Origin: Klebsormidium nitens
Taxonomy: Eukaryota; Plantae; Klebsormidiophyceae
Assembly (NCBI GenBank): GCA_000708835.1
Contig: DF237105.1
Coordinates: 33,783 to 97,782, forward strand
DNA length: 64,000 nucleotides
Direction: 5' to 3'
Shown: positions 37,870-48,900 of the stretch, one piece after another
Layout of the letters: every line of letters starts with the position of its first letter
How positions within the stretch are numbered: position 1 is the stretch's first letter
Position numbers and translations under genes: made by a program
Notes under the pieces: model-generated
The model's input: only the letters and a program-made list of their open reading frames with translations
The model's database searches: none
What the model was told of the DNA's origin: nothing

Positions 37870-38659
37870 GAGGACGCCCGGGTCGATTCACCGGCCAGGG
37901 GGTCGGGATTTCAGCAAGCCAAGGGGTGTGTGCCATGTGGCATAAAGTCTGGGCCACTCACAGGCCGCCAAGTCAGACCGCCCCCGGGCAGGCCGGCCAT
38001 ACCCAGCACTTTTTCGGTCTTCGTACTGTCGGTTCCTACCCGAAATGCATGGGACCTTCAAGAAGTTCCCCCGGGCGCTGCCGGCCCGACCTTTACCGCG
38101 CAGTTGCGGTCTGCTGGCAAACCGTTCTCAGCTTGGATGCGAGCAACCCTGCCTAGTTGCCAGCTTCCACTCTGAGCTTCCAAGACTCGGAGTTGCCAGG
38201 GAAGAAGTTGAGCAGTGGCGGCCATTGGCGGATGTCTGCAGTCATGGCGGCCCTTGGCGGAAATCAGCATGTCTTGGCGCTCCTTGCCAGCAAACCTCAG
38301 AAGTCCATGATGCCCCTGGCCACCACGTGGCTAAGCATCCTTGACATCTTGAGATGTTTCCAGAGACATCTTGGCAGAGCAACGAGTTTTGGCGCCCCTT
38401 GGCCAAGTGGCGTGGCTGGTTCTCACTTGGGCAAGCTCACAAAGCGGAGTCTCAACATCTTCAGAGGTCGCAATCTAGAGAAACAGAACTTGAAGAGAAA
38501 GAGGCGGGCCAGAGGGGACCAGGGTCTCGGCAAAGATAAGGTGAGTCTACTTCTCGTGCACGTTGAGGTCCAGGCAGCTAGGGAGATAATCTGGCGCTTG
38601 CTTTTGAGCTGTACCCCTTAGTGGCCTGGAAATCAACCTAAATGAGCCTGCTTTCATGG

Positions 38660-38880
38660 CGTTCAAGTCCTGGGAATCGGCGGGCGTCTGCTGAAATCAG
38701 CGGGCATACACTGAGCTCAGCGGGCGTTCTGGTCCGCTTAACAGCCGGGGGTTTAGAACGATAAATTAGTGGGGGTTTGGCTCAAGTCAGCGGGCGTGCT
38801 GGTCTGCTGAACAGCGGGGGACCTGGAATGCTATTCCAGCGGGGTTCCGCTGATCTTAGCGGGCGTTCTGGTTTTGCTGA
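38660..38880 (+). repeat. Degenerate repeats cagcgggcgt.ctggt..gct
   Basis: 4-5 copies visible. Confidence 0.6.
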
Positions 38881-39399
38881 TATTGGCAGGAGTCCGCGGT
38901 AATCGACACCCCTCTGTTGCAAAACTTGTGCCTAGGGTTGATTTCAGCTTTTGCCTCCTGCGGCTTTAAAAAAATTCAAGGAGGGGGCTGATCTGCATGC
39001 ATGCGTTTGGAGTTTCAAATTAGACCCAAAGAAGGGAGCTTTTTGCTGGGGGACCAATTGAGAGGCCAGTGTTTCAGGGTCAAGGTCAGGGCTCTTTTGC
39101 AGCCCGCAGTGGAAGTTTCTTGCCGGGTGTGGACTTGGTGGGTCTTGTTTGCGAAAAACGCTGATTGCATGGCTGCAAGGCGTTGAAAACGTGTTGCGAG
39201 GCACTGACGCAACGTTCCATGCATTGACTTGGCAGACCATGATTTTGTTTGAGGCTTCGAGCGTGATTGACCAGCCCAAGGTCACCTGAAGAGAAGTCAA
39301 CCAAGCAAACGGCAGAGTGGCGGAGAGCGGCGACTCACCATACGCCAAGATGCAAGTGAGTGGGGGCTTTGGTTGCTACAACCAAGTCAGTCAGTAGGC

Positions 39400-40880
39400 A
39401 CGCTTCAAAAAGCTGATTGTATGCACAACATTTGATTGCGCCCCTCATCCGCCGTGGCCGCCGCTTTGCTCCCTCTGTGGTTGTAGAAGTGATTCAGTCA
39501 ATCTGCACGTTTAAGAAAAGGCTTTTGTCCAAGACCGAATGGGCATTTTGACTACGTCTCCGGCTGTGGGCAAACCTTCACTCAGTCTGCACGTTTTCTG
39601 AGGGGGGTTCTCTGACATGCGCGTTCTGGTGGGGCAGAAAGTTCCAGAATCCAGGCAGGCGCGTCCTGATCGGGCTGCGCCACTGGAGTTCCTCAACAGA
39701 TCGAGGGTTGGACAGCACGTGAATGAGAGTTTTTATAGTCGTCGTCAGGACCCACTGTAGTTGACAGAATCCGTCAAGTCAGTCAGTTTGCTCGTTTCAA
39801 AAGAGCTCAATGTCTAGATGATTCATGCATTTTGACTGCGTTTCTAGTCGTGTCCCTGTTTCTGCGCTTGTTGTGATTGATCGCAAGAAGGCAGTCAATT
39901 TGCACTGCCTTCAAAGTTCAGACGTTTAGTACCCTGGTGCCTTTTGACTGCACCCCAAGTCGCGCCCGGGCCCGCGCTCCAATGTACAGTTGATTGAGAG
40001 ACGTGTCCCGCTGTTTGGACGGAAAGAACTCATTTCATGCCTTCTCTGTGCTGCAGGCGCCAGGAAGTTTGGACGGCCTTGCATATTCGGTTGCGCATGC
40101 TGAGGTGCAACCGGACTTGCCTGCATTTAACGTGGGCATCGAGAGGCCGCTGGTTCAGGTGAAGAGCTGCCCTGTTAAAGCGCAAAAATGAGTCCAAAGT
40201 TACCCTTGTCATGGATGGTTGTAAACTGCGCCACTTGTGATTGATTGCAAGAAGGCAGTCATTTTGCACTGCCCTTGAAGCTCATATGTATAGTACTGTG
40301 GTGCCTTTTGACTGCGTCTTGGCCGTGCCCCCGACTCTGCGCTTTGTGTGATTGACCGCAAGAAGGCAGTCAATTTGCACTGCCCTTGAAGCTCAGATGT
40401 ATAGTACTTTGGTGCATTTTGACTGCGTCCCAAGTCGCGCCGTCCCTGCGCTCCAATGTACAGTTGATTGAGAGTACGCATTGAAAGAAGGCAGTCAAAT
40501 TGCACTTTTTGGAAAAGCTGATTGTCTAGTATGACCGTGCATTTTGACTACGTCTCTCAGCCGGGGGCAATCCTGCGCGCCTCTGTTGTTGAGAGAACCG
40601 AGTCAGTTAATCTGCACGTTTTGGAAAAGCTGATTGTCTAGTTTGACAGTGCATTTTGACTGCATCTCTCAGCCGTCGGCCCACCTGTGTGCCTCTGCGT
40701 TGGATAGAAACGAAGGCAGTCAATTTGCACGTTGATGAAAAGCTGTGTGTAAAGACTCACTGTGCATTTTGACTGCGCCCCCCAGCCTTTTCCTGCCTCT
40801 GCTTCTGCCGCACATGGGTGATTGAAAGGTTCAGTCAGAATGCATCATTCTACAAGCTCAGATGTAAAGATTGCTGGTGC
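39400..40880 (+). repeat. Array A1: about 10 units with inverted arms agtcaatttgcac-N31-gtgcattttgact
   Basis: Units near 39495, 39780, 39895, 40255, 40368, 40494, 40607, 40718, 40833. Arms and spacer length are conserved while spacer sequence drifts. Confidence 0.85.
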
Positions 40881-42976
40881 ATTTTGACTGTGCTTCTCAG
40901 CCAATCCCTGTCTGTTGTGGATTGAAGAGGGCCGTGGGGGTTCCTGATGTATTGCTGCACTTTCCTGCAGGATGCTCTTCTTTCCAATGCATCTCGCAGC
41001 GATGCTCTTCCGACGTCTGCAATCAGAGCTTTTGTGGCGAGCGCGTTGCGAAGCTTCCTCACGAAGTCAAAGAGGGGCCACCGCATCTTCCGGAAGGTGG
41101 CGGGGCTCGTGTGCCGGCGTGCCAAGAAGGAGCTCGGGCTCGTCGGCCTTCTCTGGACAAAGGCGGCTTGGGTTGGGGGCCTGCGTGCAGCTATGGCAGG
41201 TCTGGAGGGTCTGGCGAGCACTCCAGATGCGGGCCTGCAAGACGGCTTCGGGAAGGTTCTGACGTCGATCAAGCAGGCCCACCTGGAGGGGCTGCAGCAA
41301 CCAGCGAGCGCCTCCCATGGAGCGCGCAGGACTACCGCGAGCCCAGCGCCAGCGAGCCCAGCTGCCACGAATGAGGCCCGACCCCCAGCTGGTGGCGCGT
41401 CTAGGAAAGCGAGGAGAGCGAAGGAGGAGCTGGCCAGCTACCTCTTAGGGGACAAAGGTATTAGTGACACATTGATCAGGCCAACTTTGATCGAAGCACC
41501 TGATTGGCCCTTTGCGAGAGTCAGCCGTAAGCTTTGTCTGGGGCACTTTGGCTTACGCCCGAGACTTTTTGGCACGTTGTAATCGATAGCAGACACGAGT
41601 CAAAACGAGTCAAAATGCACGCTTTTGGAGGTATGATGTGTAGTCGATTGGTGCAAATCGACCATGCCATGATGCCCGAGGCTTTCTGGCACGTGGATAG
41701 CAGACACCATTTAAAATGCACGGGCTTTGAAGCTTTGATGTATACTCAATTGGTGCAAATCGACTGACGACCCCACCGCGCGAGGGTCCAGAGATAACGA
41801 GTCAAAATGCACGCTTTTGGAGGTCTGATGTATAGTCAAGTGGTGCGAATTGACTGCCGACTGTACCCAAGACTTTTTGGCACGTTGTAGTTGATAGCAG
41901 ACTTGAGTCAAAATGCACGGACCTTAAAGCTTCGATGTATAGTCAATTGGTGCAGATTGACTGCCGACCATGCCTGAGACTTTTTCGCACGTTGTAGTTA
42001 ATAGCAAAAGGGCTCTCGAGTCTGCAACGGTAAAGATTCCCAGAGCTCCTGTACGAGTCAACCAGGACTTCACCTGTTGTCGTTTTTGACCCCAACTCTT
42101 TGCTTTACCTTCAGTTCCACACAGTCTCCTGTGCGGGGAATGCAGCGCCCCCGCGACCTTTGCGATGCGCGGGGTCAAGGATGGGGGCAGCCTCAAGTAC
42201 TTCTGTGGCATGCATCGCGAGCTCACGGGCTGCTTCAAGATTGACAGCACCCGGGGAGGTGAGCCCTGTGCGACAGCCGTTGGGCCGGCGGGCATAACTA
42301 GACCTTTGCATCTTATCATTGGGTCGCAATAGTTTTGCCACCAACTATGTGAGAACACAAAGTCTGTGGGCATTGTCCGCCGTTGTCCATAAGCAAGCAT
42401 GCATCCTGCATGTGAGCGCTCATCACAAAATCATGTGCCCTTTCCCAGAGTGGGCACGTACCTGTGAAGTGCACAAGTTGGAGGCGGAGCTTGTGCGGGC
42501 GCTTGATGAGGAATCACAGCTTAAGGGCAATCGTGGTGAGGGTTTGTGGGCCTCCTGTGCCGTAGGAAAGTTTGCCTCTTGCTTTGACGATCTGCCAGAC
42601 TCTCTCTTCGCAGCCTCCCATTGACCCTCGGAATGCTTGTAAAGCTCGAATCTTTGTCGAACTTCTTGCTGAATCTGCTTGTGAATCCTCCAGGTGTCAT
42701 GCAAGATCCAATGACCATTTCTTTTCACCACAGGTTGCAAAGGATGGGACCAGAGCGATTACAGGTGGGATCCAGCGCCCAAAAGCAGAGCCCTGATAGG
42801 TGAGTCATTCTCTGGACTCAAGTGTGGTCTCCACTGTTTTCCATCCGTGGCAGACTTGATTGGATACTGACCCAGCGTGTATAAATGCCAGAAACAATAA
42901 GTAAAAGTTTGCTAGCCTGCTCTCATTTCATGGTCGTGTAGGTGGACAAGTGGACCTCCGGGCTTATGGCTGGTGA
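40057..42976 (+). CDS. Multi-exon ORF1 containing an EsV-1-7-like Cys/His motif
   Basis: Exons 40057-40158, 40971-41457, 42115-42258, 42449-42535, 42734-42799, 42942- (phases 0, 1, 1, 1, 1); LCGECSAPATFAMRGVKDGGSLKYFCGMHRE. A probable upstream exon ends at gataag|gtgagt near 38540. Confidence 0.6.
41545..42010 (+). repeat. Array A2: 4 units agtcaaaatgcac-N30/31-gtgcaaattgact, inside intron 41458-42114
   Basis: Units near 41608, 41709, 41800, 41907. Confidence 0.9.
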
Positions 42977-45900
42977 AAATCATTTGTCCACTCGCCCTTT
43001 TTGCAGAAAGCTCTTGATTATCGGCGAAATCGAGAGCAATCCGGGATTTCCAGCGAGCGATGGGGACCGTTCTCCAGCATCAGGAGGGGACCCGCCAACG
43101 CCTGGTCTCGGCGTGGCCGGAGTGGTCGCTCAGCCGCCTCTTCACGATGTGAGCAAGCACCCCTCCGGGCCCAGTGTCCTTCAGCTTGATTGTTGTCGAT
43201 GGCTTGGGGCCAAGACAATCTGCACTGAATTGAAGGAGCGAGTGTTCATGAGAACCTGTGGTGCAGATTGACGGCACCCACTGGATATTTTCGATGAATC
43301 AGCCCCCAGACAATTTGCACTGGCTTGAAGAAGTGACTGGTTAGGACCCGGGGTGCACTTTGACGGCAGCAGTCGTGTAGTGATTCGGGATAAGGGCCTA
43401 GACAATCTGCACAAGCTTGAAGAAGTGACTGTATAGAACCCAAGGTGCCGATTGTCAGCCCCGAAGCTGGTCAGCTCGTGGGCCTGGATCACATCATCCC
43501 ACTTACGGGATAAGGGCTTGTGTATAGGTGTCCGCAGAGGCAGAACCGCCGAGAAGGAGGAGGAGACTCGTCAAGGTCTCTGAGCTTAGGAGCGAAGCCC
43601 CTGCAGGCCTTCGCACAAGCAGCGCGCCTGAACCCATTTTGGGCGCCCCAACTCAGTGAGCACCTATGCTGGGATCCATTCACGACATGCATTGTGCATG
43701 AAGTTGCCGCATCAATCTCTAGGAGCTTGAGATCGTCACAGTGGGACTCTTTAAGGGATCGATTGCACGTGCAAAGAGTCCTAAGTCTGTATGACGGACC
43801 CTCTAATTCTGCAGACTCTTTTCGCTGTTGCAGCGATGAAGCTGAGGCCAGACAGCAGGAGCTGCTGGGAAGGCAAAGCCCAGGACCCACAACGCCCGAC
43901 CAGGTAAGCCTATGGACCTCTTTTCCATAGAAGACCGGTTCTACTGCACTCTCTGCTAAGATCACTAGGCGTTCTGGTCTTCACTTGCATGGGTGTGCGC
44001 ACAAGACAGGCCCTGGCACGACCATGGAGGCTTCACGAGGGGCACACTTCTACCAGACTCCGAAGTCGGCCAGTTGAAGTGGGCTGCGAGCCTAGCCTAC
44101 CTCACACATGGCTCCTGAACGCCGCGGTTGCTGATGCTCGCTCAAAGCTCACCACTGAATATGCAATCTCTTGGCCTCTCAGGCGCGGGGCGAGGAGAGC
44201 GCGCAAGCAAGGACGCCGACCCCGGGAGACCTGCAGACTGGCCGGCCAGCGTCAAAGCAGCGGCGGTAAGCTCTCTGACTATTTTGGGCACTCGTTTCTG
44301 TCACAAAAAAAGGACTCTTGTGCTTTCAGGAGCCGTCGGTTGCGCTGGCTTTGGAAGTACGAGCGGCAAGGCCCCCTTGGGGAAGCGATCTGTCTCTCCC
44401 GGAACTACTCCTGAGCATAGGCCTGAGCATAGGGCTTTGTGAAGGTCTGGCTGATTTTTACTTTTCTGCGACCGCTCAGAGCTTCTAGAGACAAACATTT
44501 GGGCACCCTTCGCTTGCACGAAATCTCTAGAATTTTGACACTGATTTGGCTTGGGGTCAAAAGCGCCCCTAGCTGAAGGGGCTTGGTTGCAAACTTCGTG
44601 CTATGGCTTCTCAAAAGTCCGGCTGGTGTTCATTTTTGTGCGACCTCTTAGAGCTTTTAGAGACGACCATGTGGACAAACGTATCTTGAAATGTTGTACA
44701 GTTCTGATGTAGAAGCGGCCGCAGGATTTTTACCTTGGTCGCGGTGGTAAATACAGCCTCTAGCTGAAGAGGTCTGGTTGCGAACTCGCCCTTGGGCTTT
44801 GCGAAAACTTGTGTGGCTGGTCTTCGTTTTTGTGCAACCGCTTAATGATCTCGAAGGTGAACATAAGGCACTCTTTGCTTGCCCCCGCTGATATGCGCTT
44901 TCTTCTTGCGCATTTTCAGCAGAAAGGCAAGGGCGAACCCTGTCCCCATGGACGAGGCGGCTCGGGATGCCGGTCGAGCGGCTGTGGCAGCGCATCTCCA
45001 AGCTGTGGGGGCGTTGAGGCCCTCAAGAACACAGCGTGAGGGGCAAGCCGTTCATCAAACGGAGCTGGGTGATTTCGAAGGCCCGTCTTGTGCTTCCCCC
45101 CCGGTAAGTTGCCATGAAGAATACTCTCATCTGCAGCGGCCGGAGTAGACTTTTTTGTGTCCCCATTGATTGCTGCTATTGACGTTGCTTGATAAGCATG
45201 TGCGACTTTTGACTTCAACCTCAATGCTCCACCAGACCTTGGCTGCTTTTGGGGGCGCGGTTGGGTTGGTGTTGGGTAGACCTGCTTTGGGCACCTAGTT
45301 TCGGGGCCGTAGTCAAGCTGATTAGGGGGTGCAGGCAGGCTGTTTTGGGGGGCGCGGTTAGGTCGGTTTCAGGTCTGCTGCACATGGGCCTGGTTTTCGG
45401 GGCTGCCGCTCAAGTTGGTCTTGGGGACCACGTTGGTCAGGCTGGTTTTGTGCCACAATCAGGCTGGTTTCGGGTCTGCTCTGCCCTTGGTTTGGCTGGT
45501 TTCGGAGCTGGTTTTGGGGCAAACTGTTTTTGGGGGCGTGGTCAGGCTGCTTAGTTTTGCCGTGGTCAGGCTGGTTCCGCGTTTTGTTGGTTTGCTTGGG
45601 GCTGGTTTGGGCTTATTTGGGGCCGTACTCAAGCTGATTTGGAGATGCAGTTAGGCTTGTCTTTATGTTGGCAAGCAGCCCGGTGTAGTTAGAGCGCTTT
45701 CTTCTGAAGCTGAGTTCCAAGTGCTGTCAAACATGCGGCCTTGCTGGCAACAGGAGCGTTGTAGGGTTGCAAGCCTCATTGCTGCATGGCTTGCTTTTCT
45801 CTCAAACGTGTAAGTCAATCCTCTCTGATGATTGGCTTTCTTGGCGCAGGGGCTGGTGACTGACGCTCCCATCCAGAACGTTGGGTCCTTGGTCGACCGT

Positions 45901-48900
45901 CTGAAGGCCAAGCGGGATGCTGAAGAGGCGGCTGCGCGAGAGGAGCGGCTCAAACGCTATGGGCGTACGCGACCCCTCGGGGCTACACGTGGGATGGGAG
46001 ATGCCTCGGCCCACACCATGGACCAGGATCCGAGCCCCCCTTCCCCTCCACGCTCTTCCGTCCTCCGGTCCCAAAATGAAGTCCCCGGCCCGAGCGCAGC
46101 GCAGCCCCCCACAGCAGCCCCCTCTCTACAGGTTGTGGAAGACGAACGGGCTCTGCCGTCGCCGCTGGCCGACCAGCCCCCTGTAGTTGATTCGGGTTTG
46201 CCTCCCTCCCTGTCGCAACCCCATGATGACCCCCCCCTCCCCCGCNNNNNNNNNNNNNNNNNNNNATCGACATAGCCCCGCTCCCTGACGAAAACCCACG
46301 GCCCGAGGTCCCCGGTCAGCTCCCTTCAGTGAATCCTTCCCCTTCCCACGCCCACCAAGAGCAGGCGCATGCGCCCGACCCGCCAAATCAGCCCCCGCCA
46401 ATGGAGACAAGTCGGCCCACTGCAGCGGAGCCGTCCGCAGAGACGTCGTCTGCGCTTCCGCCCACCGAGCCGCTCACGCAGCTGCTTGGGGATCCCCCTC
46501 AGGCTGCGTCGGTCGAAGACAGCGGGCCCGGCTGGTTGCGAAAACTTGTGTTGGCGCTCCGGCAGCAGCGAGCAAAGGGCCATGCGATCGTCGTGGCTCA
46601 GGACGTAAACGGGGAAGGGGCAAAGCGCTGGGGCAGTTTCAAGGACGTCGCAGCCCTGGCGGCGTTTCGAAGGTCGCTTGGGGGACCGGCTCACCTGTAC
46701 GAAGTCATTCAGGACGACGCCTGCTGGCGCGTCTACTTTGACCTGGACTTCTCGGTCGCCACCAAGGATTCCAACGACTTTGAGCGGCGCCTGGCAGCAT
46801 TTCACTCCGTCCGAGACCGGTTCCTGACCTCGGTGCTCAATGTCCCCGAGAGTGCGCTCCGATATCAAGCGTGCGAGGCGCACGGGCCGGCGCGGCCCCC
46901 GAAGCAGGGCTTTAAGTTCAGCGTGCACGAGGTGCCGGAGGGGTTTCACCTGAGGGGATCGGACGCCAGGAGGGCGTTCGGGAAGGCCCTTGGGTCCTTC
47001 TTGGAGAATCCCCCAGACGATCTGAAAGCGAGTGTCGAGCTCATGCGGAAAGAGGGCGGGTCCGACTATCTGTGGGACGGATCAGTCTACGGGCGGCGCC
47101 GCTGCTTCCGGCTGCTAAGGTCGTCCAAGTTTGGGGATAATTTCCGTCCCCTCGTCCCATCGGAGGGCAGCTCCGAGGCGATCGTGGACCACCTGGTCTG
47201 CCTATACTCAGAAGCGGAAGTGGCTGGTTCCACCGAGGTCAGAGCCGCCCTCCTCGGGGAGTGGGCGATCGCGAGGCTCGCCCCCGCTGCCCGGCCCCGC
47301 GTGGGGTCCTTCCGACAGAGGGCGCTCACCCTCGAAGAGACGAGGACCTCACAGGGCCCCGGCGCCGAGGACCTTTCGGAGCAGGAGCGGGCCATTCTCC
47401 TCGCCCGCTACCAGGAGGACCACGCAGGGGCCGAAATTAGCCGGGTGGTCCAGGAGCGGCCGGGAGTCTTCTTCGTTCACTTCCAGGCGCCGGAGCCCAC
47501 GTGCTGCATTGCGGGAAGGCGCCACACATCACCAGGCAACCAGAATCCGTACCTCATCTACAAACGAGACGAGCCGCGCATCGCACGCTATCAGTGCTTT
47601 GCAAACAGCTGCAGGTGAGTTTTTGAAAGGTGAGCAGAGACTTAATGGCGCTTCGCAAATTCCGTCAATTTGCGCAACCGTTCTTCAGAGAATCGGACAT
47701 CAAGAAGGTGCAGATTGTCGAGCCTGGTGTCTGTACGGCAACCTGTCAGTTTCAAGTGCGATCGAGCTAACAAGATTGATCTGAGCGACCCTATCTGGGC
47801 TCAGGTTTTTTGGGGGCCAGTCTCAGGGCCGCGGTCAACTTGTTTGGTGTGCAGTAAAATTGACGGCCAGAAGTCAAGCTGCTTTAGAGCCTGATGTGGG
47901 TTTTGCCGTGGGTGTGTCAGGGGGCCTGCTTTTGGGCATTGTTTCAGGGGCAGCATATGGATCTGTCTTCAGGGCAGCTTTCATTGTTCGGTTGTGTTTT
48001 TTAGGATTGATCTGCTGCAGAGGTTAGGCCGGTTCAGGGGCTCCTGCGCTGGGGCCTACCTTGTGGGCCTCCTTTGGGTTTGGATCTGCCTTGCTCGAAA
48101 TCAGGCTGATTTCGTGTGGTTGAGTAGGGCTGGTCCGATGCTTGGTGCGAGCCTGATGTAGTCCTAGACTACTGTTACAGCGCCGGTTGACATGAGGCTT
48201 AGTCGAGGAGATTTCGGGGGCACATCAGGCCTTAACAGATTGAGCGGCCGGAAATTACTTCAGCGTGGGCCTCAAGGGGTGTTTAAGCTGAGCCTGAGTC
48301 TTCGAAGAAGATTCTACACGTTCTCAAGCCCATCTTACGCTTCCTTTTTGCAGGGGCGAGTGCCGGATGCTGCCCCTGGACATGCTCACCACCCTCGGCT
48401 GGACGGAAGACTACGAGGAGGACCTGGGGATGCGACCCTACCCCGTCTTTGAGATCGAGCACGTCCGCAAGCGGACAATGCTTATTTCCGCCAAGAAGGG
48501 GGTGGGGAAGTCAAAAGCGTTCATGGATTGGGAGGTGGCCATGGTCGGGAGGAACCCCGGGCCCTCTTTCCTCCTGATCGGAGCTAACATCTCGCTTTCT
48601 CAAAAGTATCACCAGGACTTAGTCGACGCGGGCGTGAGGGACGTCGTGCTCTACCAAGAGGCGCCTCCGGGGCCTATCAACAACCCCCGTGTCGTCTGCT
48701 GCATCAACTCTATCCATCGCGTGCAATTCAAGATGGACATCGTGGGGATGGACGAGATGGACATGGTGCTCACCAACCTCAACTCCGAGGTCATGTCCCA
48801 ACGGGGCAGGGTGCTGTCCTGCCTCGAGGCATTCGTCGCGGGCGCGAAGGTCGTCATCGGCATGGACGCCAACATCGACTGCGCGCGGGTCATGGAATAC

